Shown: positions 1-55,172, counted from the first letter of the stretch. The stretch is 64,000 nt of DNA from Amoebidium appalachense (GCA_963693365.1 CAVNZM010000013.1:831817-895816), one strand, 5' to 3'. Numbers and translations: made by a program. The notes: generated from the letters alone by a model not told the origin.

Positions 1-98
1 TCCCCCCTTCCCCCTGCTTGTTTTTAGGAGTTTTCCTTGTTTCTATATGCTCGGCTATGGTTGTGGTATGTAGTTTTAGAGTGCTGCGGGGAGCAAAG

Positions 99-137
<39 letters not shown>

Positions 138-470
138 CGCGTTCAACAACACCTGAGTACAGCTGTACACATCCACGCTGGCATACACGTGCACATGGAT
201 GAAAGTGCGGGAGCTGGCAGGCACGTATGATATGCTCATGCCGACTGACACATCCGGGCACCCATGCACACCCCAACACCCCCACACCCGCCACACACAC
301 ACATGCGCCCACACACACACCCACAAACACAGACACAACCAGCCAAACCACGTTCACGCGCATACACACACACACACTTCCGTGTGAATTGAACATGGAA
401 AACATGGTTTTCTGTTTATTGGTAGCAACAGGAGATCTAACATTCTGATCCCTGCAATCGGTGTATGCAG

Positions 471-17595
<17,125 letters not shown>

Positions 17596-17985
17596 AAAAT
17601 CACATGTGTCGCGACAACGTTATAAGAGTTGAATTTCTGACGGCGGTGTGTTGCGGCGGGAAGTTGTTATAATCACCAACATGACTTCAAGATGACTCCT
17701 CGGAATGATTTGTTGGTTTCAGTGGGTTACGTTTAAGGACATTGCGAAGTATAGTTTTTGTCAAAGGGACCCTACGTATGAGGCAGTTTCCTTTTTTCGG
17801 CAACGGTAATCGCCATATATGGGAATTTGTACGGGGGAATTTTGATTTTGTCGTTAATGGTTGGGGTTTGGCTACCACGAAGGTGGGTGGAAAAAACGGG
17901 GAGGTTTTGGAATGCAGCTGTCTGAAATGTGGAGACTTTCATGTGGGGGATGAGTGGGTGTGGATGGGTGGGTGGGGGGGGGGGT

Positions 17986-18073
<88 letters not shown>

Positions 18074-18090
18074 CAGGAAGGGAAGGAGAA

Positions 18091-18122
<32 letters not shown>

Positions 18123-19199
18123 TGATTTGTATAAATGTTGAGTGAGGTCGAAGACATGGAAAAATTATGGGAGATGTGTATCAATCCTGCCTCTTGTACA
18201 ACACATGTACGTTATGTCTAGAACTTTCGTATTTTTATGTTTTTAACTGCTTGGAAATGTCTGGTCAGGTATAGATGGACAAGCCTAGTACGTCTTTTAG
18301 TATTAGCTGTGCGTGACTTGGCTTTTATTCGGAATTAATGACAAGAAAAATGCCCGTATTCCGCCAAAGAGAAGATATAATTTGAAATCCAAATTGCTGT
18401 TTTGTAATTTTTTACCGGTCAAGTCTAGGACGAAAGTGAAATGTCTTTTTCTTTTCTCTCTTTTTCTCCTTCCGGTCTTTTTTTTTTTTTTTTTCTTCTT
18501 TTTTTTGGACCCCTTACGAATAACACATTTTTTGATGCATCAAGGGCACTTGAATTTTGTGAGTTCCATCATTTTCGTTACTGAAACATTTAGTTGTCCT
18601 ACGAGCAGATGTTACTAACTGTAAAGATATTGCGTGTTTTTAGCGTATGATTGATGAATTCTTTTATCATCACATCATGATTGTTGTTAATGATTGATAT
18701 AAGCATATGGGGCCAAATTTGGATTTGACTTTGATGCAGACACACGAGGCACCGAGGTTACCTCCTTTTCTCCCCTGTCCCTTTTATGCCTTGCCTGGTA
18801 TGAATTGGAATCGCCACTTGAATAAGTCCTAACCATGCACATGTGACAGTTTTGTTTTTCTTCACTACATAGTACTGGCCGCGGTTTGAACAACCACTTT
18901 TGACAACCTTCTTTGGATCATTCTTTTTGAATGCACACGATCCTTCCTAAATGGCCTTTGATTTCGAGTAAAATTTTTAAAAAATGAATCATGGCAGGTG
19001 TGTCTCGTACACAGATGCGCTAAGGCCCCCTCCTTCCTTCCTCCCCCCCCCCCCCCCCCCCCCCCCCCCATGTACACCCCTTGCGGCAGCCCCACATTAT
19101 GGTTTTGTGTACATCAGTATTTGAGGGAATTCCAATGTTGGCGTAGCCTGGAATGCCAATCGTAATCTATTATTGATGGAGCGTCTGCCCTAATTGATT

Positions 19200-19800
19200 A
19201 ATGGTCACCGGCTAAATTTCTTACAAATTTCTACACACTTGGTGGCTGCATTAACAGTTTCAAAGGAAAAAACACAAAAGCTAGACGTAAGTGCAGGAGA
19301 AATCATCCACTATGCTAGCTTTACTTTCAATCTGAATGTAACGAAATCTTTCGTACCAACAAACCCTGGGGAAAAGAAAAAAGAAACATTGCCAATTTTT
19401 CTTGCTTCTAAACGAGTTTGCATGTGGTGTACATGTGTTTATTATTTCATCAGTAATTCAAGGAAATTGTAATGTCGCCAATGCCAAGTACTTCCAATCT
19501 ACCATCGGTACGTCTGTCCTGTTTAAAGGCCACCGTTTTAATTTAATTTACTGATTTCTACACACTTGGCTGCATTAACAATCGTAAGGGAAAAACACAA
19601 AAAATAGATGTAAATGCAGGCTTGCAGGAGAATCATCCACTGTGCTAGTTTAACTTTTTAACCGAATGTAATCCAATCTTTTGTACCAAACCTTCGGGAA
19701 AAGAAGGAAGTAAAATTGCCAAATTTACTTGCTTGTGAGTTTGTGTGTGCGTGTGTGCGGTGTGTTTAACAATTAAGGGCCATGTGTTTATGTTACAGTT
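19200..19800. repeat. Diverged ~270-bp tandem duplication
   Basis: 19200-19470 and 19528-19800 share colinear blocks such as ATTTCTACACACTTGG, GGCTGCATTAACA, AATCATCCACT and ATTGCCAA. Confidence 0.85.
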
Positions 19801-20090
19801 AATGCTGCAAGAAAAAACCAAACGCAGAAAAGTCAAGAGCTATTTATCATCACACATGCATTGATGGTCAGGCACTTAGAAAGCCCATATTAGGCGCATC
19901 ATTTTGCAGTCAAACCTACAAAAATCACTTAAGTGGAGTTTCTCACAGGCCAATTTATTGGTCCATTCGGGTCAAGCAGGTGATATCCCATAAAAATATT
20001 CCAGTCTGACCCGACCCGGAAACCTCAGAGAAACCAGCCTCAACATCTTGATCATTACGCTGGTGAAAATATCACTCCATCTATGCTGAT

Positions 20091-22130
20091 CTAGGAAGAC
20101 CCATGATTCAACAGATCGGGCATGGAAGTACGCGGAAGTCGCTGGCTCATCACCCTAGACAGAAACCTAGTTTTGCCCTTCTTGGAATTTTTAGACTTGT
20201 CGCCGACGGTCCCCCCAGAGGAATGTCCGACCCACCCACACACTTCTGCCGCCGTGAATGGCTCATCCTGCATTGCCCGACCAATCACCTTTGACAATTC
20301 CTTTCCTTTTTCGTCCTCGTCGAACGACAGCACCCGATTCAATACGGTCTTTCTCGCCGCCGAAGTGGCGGGCGCGCAGTCCTCCCCAATTTGCGAGGGG
20401 GGTCTATTCAAATCGGTCATGGACTTTGCTGCCGGGGGGTTAATTTTCAGCATAACTTCAGCTTTCACCGCCTGTTCTTTCAGCGTCATTTTCTCGTTTA
20501 TCAATATATCACGCTCTTCCATCGATTTGTCCAATTCTTCCCATAGCTTCCTCGTCGTGCTCCCAATCTTGGATAGTACAACGGCAAGCTCCTGCGTGGA
20601 TAGATGGTGGATAGACGATTTTTCGACAAACTTGCTGCGGGGTTTATCAAACGCTTCGCTGGAGTTATTCGCAGGCTCGTCGCTGTTGCTGTTACCGAAC
20701 ACGTTGCTCCGCCGGCCGCCTTTGAACGAAAATCGTCGAACCCCGTGGAACGACCCGCTCCGGTCCCGACTCAATTGGTCACGTGACCACTGCGCGGTCG
20801 CCGACCCGCCCCTCATTCCGGTTAGCCGTGCTGCCGCCGCTACCGCCACCGGATCCTTCGTACAGCCGTTACGATTGGCTCCCGCGGTTGAATTATCTGT
20901 TTTCCCATTGGCTGATTTAGTTTCGACGCTGCCGTCCCAACTACTAGCGTGATTTAACGAATTGTTTTCATTCGTTGCGGCTGTGAGATCAGAGAGGGAT
21001 GTCGATGCGGCCTTCCAGGTGCTGCTTCTACGACGAAATGACGACTGCTTTGGGGGAACCCCCCCATTGTTGTTGTTTTCCGTAGATCCCTGGCTTTGAT
21101 TGGACGACGTGTTGCTATGGTGGTTGCTAGCGACTGGATTGGGTGACGTGCTGCATGCCAGGAGGGCGGTTCGGCGGGCCTCGGCCTCTTGTCTGAGCCG
21201 GTCGTAGTCCCGTTGGAGCCGGTGCATTTGCGCAGTGTTAGCACTGTTTGCACGCTGTAGCTCCAGTTTTTCCACCTGCGGGCAGTCACCGGGATTTTCG
21301 GTTATTCGGCTGCGTGATTTGGTAAAACAGTGAAAGAGAGTGTTGATGCGAGGTTTTACTTTGCGTCTATTGTTGGGTTTTGGTGGTATGTGGAAGAACG
21401 TATTGGGATCTGGAGAGAAAGGTGATATGAGCTATCGAATAAATGAACTTGAGAGCTAGAAATAGCAGACTGTTGTGTGGTTGTGTACTCATGTGTATGT
21501 GCGTGCAGGGTTTCCGAATTGCTATAGGGAACATGGGGGGGACGTGGGGAGGGGGGGGGGGGAGGGGGGGGGGGGGGGGAAGGGGGTTTGCACCAGAGGG
21601 CGTTGGTGGGAAACACTGAAGCAGGCACACCAAAAGCCAATAACCAGAAAAACACAAAATGAAACCCGGGACGCTCAACAAGTGCATCCGCAACGAACAT
21701 TCAACTTTTGTACTTCTTCCGAAGGTTTGTAGGGAAACGTGCAGGCAATATCGAGCCCCATTTGGGCACACATGTAGACACAATCATAAAGAAGCACTCA
21801 AGTAAAGATATAACCAGGGAAAAGGGAGGGAGAGGGGAGGGGGGAAGCGGGAGGATGAGGGGTCGGGGGGTTGGGGGTGAGGGGTGGGGGGGTTGTGAGT
21901 GCGTGTGTGTTCTTGCTCTGCCTGCCCCTTAGACCACCTGTGTCACACTTGCATCTGACTGCATTTGTGCACGGCATTGAGAGTCTACAAGCCTTTTTGA
22001 TAGCAACGGATCACGGTAGAGTGGTGTGTGTTGATGCGAGTGGGTACGTACTTGTGTTGCTGTGTGTTCTAGTGCCGGGGTGAGCGTACCGGTGCTAGTG
22101 TGTGCATTTCACGTGCGGATTGCCGCATTA

Positions 22131-22183
<53 letters not shown>

Positions 22184-22763
22184 TGTGTATGTGTGTGTAT
22201 GTGTCTGTCTGTGACGTGGTTACACTTGTCCGTGGCAGGCTTCATGCATGCTCTGTTTTACCCACCTCCACCGCAGTGATTCTAGCCAATAGCTTCCTCT
22301 CACTGGCCCGTGCCAGCTCCAACTCCTCAACAAGCTGGTCACGTGACCCGGCCAGACTGGTTATGTGCACGAGAGATCTTTGCACCGCCTCCTCCATACG
22401 GACCAATCGCGTCTTGCACAGGTCACACGGTTGTGTTGCCGCGTGCAAAGGCACGGAATGTAACCTCGAACCAATTGAGTCTTGCTGTTTAGAGAGAGGG
22501 GCAAAAAGACATTCTTAGTTTACGTACCCAAAGTTTCAATGGGCATTTTGAGAGCGAAAGCCGAAATCAGATAAGAGAGTGTCGCTGAAGCAAGCGTATA
22601 AAGCGAGAGCTGGGAGAAAGGTATTTTTTTTGAAAAAAAGGATTCCTTCTCAACCTGATGTTTGTCCCTTGGACACGGGAACTGAGATGCATGGGAATCG
22701 GCTTTGTTTTTTGCTGTAATACATTGAGGTGTGTGTTCGTGTTTGTGTGTGTGTTTGTGTGAC

Positions 22764-22858
<95 letters not shown>

Positions 22859-24038
22859 ATGTGTGTGTGTGTGTGCGTATGTGTATGTGTGTCACGGTGC
22901 GCGTGTGTGTGTGCGCGCGTGTGCGTACGTGCTGTGCACGCGTGTGCATGCGAGCATCACATGCATTCGGACTTATGGCCATAAGATCATGATTGGGGTG
23001 ACGCAGGAGCCGGTTTCGTTCCAGCACACTTCTAAGATTGGATAGTAGTATAGCAGAAAGCAGCTATGCGCTCCAAAACAAGAAGAGAGCTCTACCACAC
23101 GCAACTAAGTTAACCAGACACCAGTGAACTGACTTAACGCAAGCCACAAAACCCACAGCAGTTTCGATGCCACGTTTCCCATATATGTTTCGTTTCTAGA
23201 GACAACCTACTGATGCCATTTGACTAGTAAGGCACTCTGTTATTTGAGCATGGATCTGCATCTTGGACCAGTGTGCTTATTATGATGCATGGAGATCCCA
23301 GTGTGCTTGATATGTGTGTGTTTGTGTGTACGTGTCTGTGTCTTAAGCCAGCACGTTCACAATGGTGCCATGACGTGTGCGTGTGTTTGTGTGTGCGTGT
23401 GTGTGTGCGCGCGCGCTCGCGTGCATGTGCGTTGGTGTGTTCACAGCATTCCTAACCGGAGCCGGGGGTGGGGGCGGGGTGTACCATGTGGAGGGTGGGG
23501 AGGACGGGAGAGGGAAGTGAGTCCGGGTGGTGTGGTGGTGTGAGCAAAAGGGTTGGTAGCGTTGAACAATACAGAAGTGTTGGGGCATGTGCGGGCGGAG
23601 GGACAAGTGGTTGTGTTTGTATGCCTGCTTGTGGGTGTGTGTGTGTGTGGGTTGTGTTGTGGAGATCCGAAAAGAGCACAGCCAACAAGCGCTCGGTGTA
23701 CAAAGCGCAAAACAAGATCTTGTGCCTGTGTGCCTATGTGTGTGTGTGTGCGTGTGAACATAGTGCTTCATGGACAAAGTCTTGTGTGTGTGTATGTACA
23801 TGTGCATATGTGTGGGCCACACCTGCGCTCTTCTCTGTTCCCTGACATGGGGAAAGAAACACACCTCTTTGTAACCATCATCCGTTGGTTCTGTGAATGT
23901 AATCGCCAACTCACTGCTTGCAGCCTTCATTGTAGTCGGTCTCATGTTCGCGATTGACCCCCCTAGGCTTATTTCCTTTTCCAGAGGACTCATAAAGGGA
24001 CCGCCTATGCGGGCCCTCACGGAAGTTGGTGTGCGCAT
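20091..24038 (-). CDS. Uncharacterised coiled-coil / Ser-rich protein (~525 aa), 3 exons
   Basis: Exons 24038-23865, 22484-22266 and 21275-20091, joined by phase-0 GT-AG introns. The terminal exon is a 394-codon stop-free, non-repetitive frame. Coiled-coil-like stretches include RDQLVEELELARASE and KLWEELDKSMEERDILINEK. Confidence 0.75.
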
Positions 24039-24615
24039 GTTACAGTTTACAGGCTAGACTAAGTTACCTTCTTGTCATTGCCGTACGGATTGGAGTGGGA
24101 TTCGGAAAAAAGGGGGAAGAAACTATTATACGGATCGGATGATTGACAGAAGGCCGATTCTTTTACCCGAGCTGCTTGTTTTTGTTGGCCCCAGGCATCA
24201 GTTCACTATAATAACTTCTAAAGCATTTTGACCTCTCAAGAGGTGGTCTAAGAACGATAAACGCACGTTACTCTTGTGTGTTCAGTATTTGGAAGGGTTT
24301 GCTCAAAAGCCCTTTCAATGGAAAAGGGGGCGAACTTTTAGGTCCTATTCCCTCCAAAGTTTGTTGGGCACTGTGCGTGCAAAAGGTAAAAACGTGCAAG
24401 GTAAAGGGAGTGCAAAGAAAGCAGAATACTGCACTGAGCGTCCCGAAACATCATGTGATAGACACAAATGACACACAACTATGACCTCTAAGAGTGACTG
24501 AACTCAGTCTCCCGTTTTTTAATCGGGCCTGTGCGGCAACATGCCAGCACGGTGTTGTCCATTTACTAGTCTGTCATCTCCTACGTCACGCCTGTCCACC
24601 GGGACTGTGCTGTTA

Positions 24616-24656
24616 CCAAGGCCTCCTAAATACCACACCTATTTAGGAGGCCTTGG
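24616..24656. mobile_element. 41-bp miniature TIR element (17-bp perfect TIRs, 6-bp TSD)
   Basis: CCAAGGCCTCCTAAATA-ccacacc-TATTTAGGAGGCCTTGG, flanked by CTGTTA on both sides (24610-24615, 24657-24662). Confidence 0.8.
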
Positions 24657-25114
24657 CTGTTACATATTGGTGATTATCGTGTAGGCTAATTGTAGCTTTG
24701 CATTATGCAGAAGAAAGACACGTTTTCGACATTTCAATACATAAGGCCTTTCAATTTAAATAAAATAAAAAGCAGGAGGGGAAAAAAAAAAAGGAAAGAG
24801 CGGAACATTACTATTGTAGTGACCGTACCTGTAACAACATTACAATTATTATTTGGTAAGTCTTTCACTGTAGACTAGACATTCCAGGATAGGATTGGTG
24901 CTGTGGAATGTGCGTCCTAATGGAAAAAGCAGGTGCCAGCGGCCGCAGTATCCGTTTCAGGGCAAATTGGGTGCATGGCGCCACATAACCCTCTGGTACA
25001 TTTGTATCATTTTGCCTACATTAACGGAAGCTGTTCATGCTTATAAATGGTTGTTTATGTATTTTTACGTACAAGAGCCTTCAGGTTACTTGCAACGTCA
25101 GTAACCCCGTGGCC

Positions 25115-25195
25115 AGGTCCAATCAATGGACACGCATCCGCATTCCAATAGATAAATCTTGGTCGTCTGACCAATCAAACAACCTTGACGTCATC
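25115..25195. promoter_or_regulatory. CCAAT-box cluster and CRE-like palindrome in the divergent intergenic region upstream of SNRNP35
   Basis: Three CCAAT motifs (about 25119, 25145, 25171) and TGACGTCA (25186-25193), about 300 bp upstream of the SNRNP35 ATG, in a region free of microsatellites. Confidence 0.5.
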
Positions 25196-25482
25196 TATGC
25201 GATTGAGAATTTCAAATTTTCAGCCTTCAGTCAGTCAGTCACGCGTATGAGGCTGCCGCAGCTAGGCTCTATGTAGCTCGAGGGAGCTCGAGGAGGATTT
25301 GCTATGTACATGAATTCGAAGTCGGAGTATAGTATACAACAGTAGCGGCCCAATGATTGCCATAGAAGAATAGAAAAGGTGATCATGACAGATAAGGTCT
25401 GTTCGTACGCTGGGGATGTAAGGTGACAAGGGTGAGGATATAGTTCGTAAATCTAATCCCAAATCCAAGCTCACACGGCAAC

Positions 25483-34075
<8,593 letters not shown>

Positions 34076-34293
34076 TGGACATGGGGAGGGAAAGAGGGAG
34101 CGCACGGAAAACAGGAGAGAATCCGAAGCGAGAAAGCGTGGGAAAGAAATGCGGGAAGGAGAGTGATCAAGTTAATGTTAGCATGCCGAAAGTATGGACT
34201 TCGTTACAGTCTAAATAAAATCATATCTCGATGAAGCGATTGTTCGCTGTCTGTGCATCCAGTGATGGAGGTCAGTGGGGAGCATGCCCCCGA

Positions 34294-34324
<31 letters not shown>

Positions 34325-34403
34325 CTTTGTCTTTCCAGGTCACTACTATTACCATATATTTCTTGTGGGAACGTTGCATGACAGGGGGTGTTTATTTGTG
34401 TGT

Positions 34404-34435
<32 letters not shown>

Positions 34436-34472
34436 TTGGGGGGAGGGGGGGGGAGGTGGGGGTGGGGTGGGT

Positions 34473-34509
<37 letters not shown>

Positions 34510-34926
34510 AGGGGGGGGTTGGTTTCGTTGCATTATGGGGTTCACTGCACGTGACGAAGCAGCTACTTGAATGTGGTGGATAATTTGTGACGGAGATAGC
34601 GTGCATGTCGTTGTGGAAAGCGTGGATGTGTGCATGCATGAAATGGGAAGTATCCGAATCACGGCACTTCTGTATGTGTTTTTTTTAATAAGAACAAAGG
34701 ATTCACACGATGTGATAACATAAACCTGTCATGTGCACATAATGTTTTGTGCCTAGTAGTGTGTGCAGGTGCACTAGGTTGTGCACAACCTAATTATCGA
34801 ACTGTATTACTATTACGGCATAAGACACAAAAGCACACACACGGTCAAGTGTTACACTGCGGAATTCACGTGCACATAGCACACTCACTCAGTCTGTACA
34901 GTACACATGTTACACGTTGATTGCAC

Positions 34927-34961
<35 letters not shown>

Positions 34962-35186
34962 CACAAATACACTCACTCACACACACACACTCACGCACAC
35001 ACACACACACACACACGCACGCACACACACACAATTGCACACACGCACAGACACACACACACGCCTGCCGTGCCACCGCGGGCACACACAAGGATACGTA
35101 AACGTGATGGATTGCCGGATGATAGCACACATGTACAATTTAAACAGAAACAGAAATATATCATGTCGGCCGTCATGCATGATGCA

Positions 35187-35268
35187 TGCTCAAAAGGCAA
35201 ATTATGATAGGTTGGCACCACTTTATATGCTCAAAAGGCAAATTATGATAGGTTGGCACCACTTTATA
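35187..35268. repeat. Perfect ~41-bp tandem duplication
   Basis: ATGCTCAAAAGGCAAATTATGATAGGTTGGCACCACTTTAT occurs twice. Similar local duplications lie at 9940-10045 and 37068-37185. Confidence 0.9.
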
Positions 35269-35624
35269 TGATTGCCGAATTACGAGAAACGCGCGCAAAC
35301 ATACACTGACACCCACACGCCTATGGATCTAAATGCACATATGGAAGAAGCAGGATCGGCGCCACAACGGAGCGGGCACGGACACGGACTGTCTCAGGTC
35401 TGGCATCATGTCTGTCTGCCAGGAGAGAGGACTTTCCCGGAGAGGTGCGAGCGCACGTATAGCTCGCGCACGTGCAAAACTACGGCAGTACTAATTATAT
35501 TAGTTGGGCCGTGATCCATGTGACCTACCCTAAACAAAGCGTGAACGAGCCTCACCAACGTTGCCTCCGATGAGAGAGATCGAGGAGGCGACAGGGAATA
35601 TGCTAATAGACGACCGATCTAAGG

Positions 35625-35735
35625 TCGGCTTATATACCCATAAGCCTCCTCTACCAGGCCGCTGATTGGCCACTTAACCATTGTGGCCCAATCAGACGGC
35701 CGAAGAATAAGTTAATTAATGGAATTGTCCAATCA
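35625..35735 (-). promoter_or_regulatory. CCAAT/TATA promoter-like module with no annotated downstream gene
   Basis: TATATAAG on the minus strand at about 35629-35636, with three CCAAT/ATTGG boxes (about 35665, 35688, 35729) 30-100 bp upstream of it. Confidence 0.4.
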
Positions 35736-36314
35736 ATTCAGACATTAGCATAAGCTTTGTGTTTAGTCCTTCTCATCCTTGTTTAAATTTTTAAAAATTG
35801 TTAAGATTGTTTAAAACTCTCTTTGGATCTTTCCTTGTGTGTGTGCAGAGGGACGAACACAGGCAGCCAAATCGATAGCGAAAAATGTCTGGGAGCCCAA
35901 ACATTAGTCAGGGGGGTTTTAATTAGCCCGAAATTTCGGCCCCGCCACGGTGGCGGCGCAAGACTACATCGGATCTGAATGACTTAATTCCATGGTCTAC
36001 GCATTTTAGGCTATCAAATTCCCCCTGGCACCTCAGCGTGAGCGATGCTGCCAGCTATTTTCTTTTTTCTTTTCTTCTTTCTTTCTTTCTTTTTTTTTTT
36101 GGCCGGGGGTTCAATTCAAATCGGGGGCTAGATTCTGATGTGGTTTACCGTACGGCCAGGTAGGGTTTATCTTTTTTTTCTTTTATCTTTTTTCGATTGT
36201 AGGAGGTTGTTTAGATCGTTGGTGGGTGGGATGTGGTGCCTTGGGTTAGTGGTGAAGGTCTGATTGGCCCAAGTAAAAAAGGAAGGGGGAGGAGGGGGGG
36301 GGGGGGGGGGGGGG

Positions 36315-36470
36315 GTTGAATGCGGAACAAGGTACGAAGTACGCATACACGACAGAAGCATGGTGCAGGACACATGCAAAGGCAAACATTCAAGTATGCA
36401 ACATCGGCCATGTGCACAGTATGCGTCATTACCAGAGCCCATCCTCAGGGAGGACCCAAGTCATCAATTG
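36315..36470 (-). repeat. Dispersed repeat family A, 5'-truncated copy flanked on both sides by poly-G
   Basis: Near-identical to 52563-52705. Confidence 0.9.
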
Positions 36471-36522
<52 letters not shown>

Positions 36523-37284
36523 TACTTTTGTGTTACGATATGTGCATAGGGGGTTTTACGCTGTTTTCTCGAGGCACAAGACAGACCAATTTCAGGTATG
36601 GGGGAGCTATTTGCTTGGCTTATGTCCTTGGCATTATCATATCATATCAGGGGTTTCTTACGCTATAAAACACCATATTTCTTTCGGCTTTGACCGGCCA
36701 GGATTTTTTTAAAACAAAAATCTAAGAAGAACATTCAATTTAGTTCGGTTCCCCGTTTTTATTTATTTTTTTTTTCTTGTTTTTTTTTTTTTATTTACTT
36801 TTTTTTGTGCATAGGTGGTATTGTGTGTGGTAACAGTCAGCCGTCTTCTCATGATCAGTATATTGCATGTGTCATTACAGTACATAGTGGCAGTTCAATT
36901 GTGATATTAATATAGTTCCTGCTTTTCATTGTTTAATGGTTTTATTTTATTCGCCTAATATAACTTATCCATGCCACGGTGTATGGTGTAGTATCGGTGT
37001 ATGGAATTGTGGACCGGGTGCCACTGTCAGCCACCAATTTACACATGTGGGTACACGTTTTGGCTCAGGATCCCCCCGAGACCTGATAAATCTATTCCCA
37101 CCCCCCCCCCCCCCCCCCCCACCCCCCCCACCCACCCTACACGTTTTGCCTCTAGATCCCCCCGAGACCTGATAAATCTATCCCCCCCCCCCCCCCCCCT
37201 CCCCCCCCCACCCACCCACCCACCCTCCCTCGGACATAGAAATTACCCCGCGGGCACTAATACACGCGCGGCCGTGGTGGTGGT

Positions 37285-37385
<101 letters not shown>

Positions 37386-37391
37386 CGCGTA

Positions 37392-37450
<59 letters not shown>

Positions 37451-37472
37451 TTGTGGGGTGGGTGGGTGGGTT

Positions 37473-37514
<42 letters not shown>

Positions 37515-37707
37515 CTCTTCAACCATATGACCGTGTGATTGCAAGTCTACCGACAAAAAAAAAAAGAAAGAAAAAAAGAAAGAAAGAAAGCAACAAAAAG
37601 AAAAAGGCAATGGTTCCACATGATGCCCAGGTGTCTACTGGCATCATCTATACACTTCAACCAATCACAATCCGCCAATAAAAAATAATTATTTAAACAT
37701 AAACCCA

Positions 37708-53942
<16,235 letters not shown>

Positions 53943-54689
53943 GGCGGCGGTACTAAAAGCTCTAGCAAGGCCTAGAATCTCAACGGTTCTGCAGCGTGTA
54001 ATGAACGAATGTTATGAACGTTGTCAATGGTTAGCTGAACGGCCAATTGCAAGGCCTGGAAAACAACTCTTGTAAGGGCAGCTCATGTAAGGGTCGTTGA
54101 AAAGTGGATGTAGTGGTTGGTAGCTGTTGGTAGCATGCTTCACTGTTGTAGAATTAGACACATAAGTGTATGTGTGTGTATGTACACACTATGTATAGAC
54201 ATACAGAAGTAGGCCGAAAGGTTCAGAAACTTCCTGGAGAAGGGCGCGGGGGCTTGAGTTAGACACCACGCATGGGTAAGGGTTCCCGTCAAAAAACAAT
54301 TACACCAATCAGAGGACATTTTTTCTAATAATGGAGCACAGTGTGCCAGATCCGGCCCAGGTTCTTATTTCTGTTCCCTCATGCATGAAACAGTAATACA
54401 TACTTTTTAGTCACCCCTCAAAGCTGTTGAAGAATGAGGGGAGAGGTACAAGTCACCGCTTGCTTGGGTACAGTGGAGACGGAAGGGAGAGGGAGTTGGA
54501 ATCGCGCAGTGTTGCTCGATAACAGAACTAGTAGTCTAGTACTGTCAAGAAATTTGTCCGACACTCTCATTTGAAATGTAACGTGCCCGGGGCAAGCACA
54601 CGCACATGAACACGTTCTCTAATAATCAGAACTTGAAATATTGTGGTTCACCTCTCTTCACGTGCACCAGCACTGCAAAACCTTTTTTC

Positions 54690-55055
54690 ACGAGAAGAAA
54701 GGAAAGGGTGGGAGGAAAACGCCAAGAAATTCGACGTGTCCCTCGTTCGCTCTCCCGTGCGCCTCAACGCAGGGGGAAAGGTCTTTGCAACGAGCGTCAC
54801 CACACTCACCTCCGTATCTGGGTCGTTTTTCCACAGTATGTTTTCATTCAGGAAGGTGGGAGCTCCAAGCGGGCGAAGACGGCACGTTTTTCATCGACCG
54901 CAACCCAGAGGTTTTCCCGCTCATTCTCGACCACATGCGTGGGGTGGATTTGAACATTGACTCTGTCTCGGCCCCTTAAAAAAAAATGTCTCTCACGCCA
55001 CACCGAGGCCACCTTCTATGCACTCGACAGCCTGGCTGAGCTGACTGCAACTCCC
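54690..55055 (+). pseudogene. Intronless BTB/POZ (KCTD/T1-type) domain pseudogene
   Basis: VRLNAGGKVFATSVTTL...FFHSMFS continues as SGRW...FFIDRNPEVFPLILDHMR only after a frameshift caused by a 4-bp TTCA duplication at about 54847. There is an in-frame TAA at 54977-54979, and EATFYALDSL follows in another frame. Confidence 0.85.
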
Positions 55056-55141
55056 GCGCACACGTACGATTTATACGGCCGCCGCGGCCGGGTAAATTGT
55101 TGATTTGTCTGCGCAGGCCTGCCATGATCGGCTCCCCCCCT

Positions 55142-55172
<31 letters not shown>

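Noticed and set aside
17733-17860. TTAAGGACA...TGTCGTTAA as another TTAA element
   Set aside because: Terminal complementarity is too short to distinguish from chance.
20122-20952. 276-aa ORF on the + strand
   Set aside because: It is the antisense shadow of the 394-codon minus-strand exon.
35425-35540. RNase P/MRP CR-I-like GGAAAGTC (minus) and telomerase-template-like CCCTAAAC (plus)
   Set aside because: No matching CR-V partner was found, and the template is not a 1.5x telomeric repeat; the short motifs alone are insufficient.
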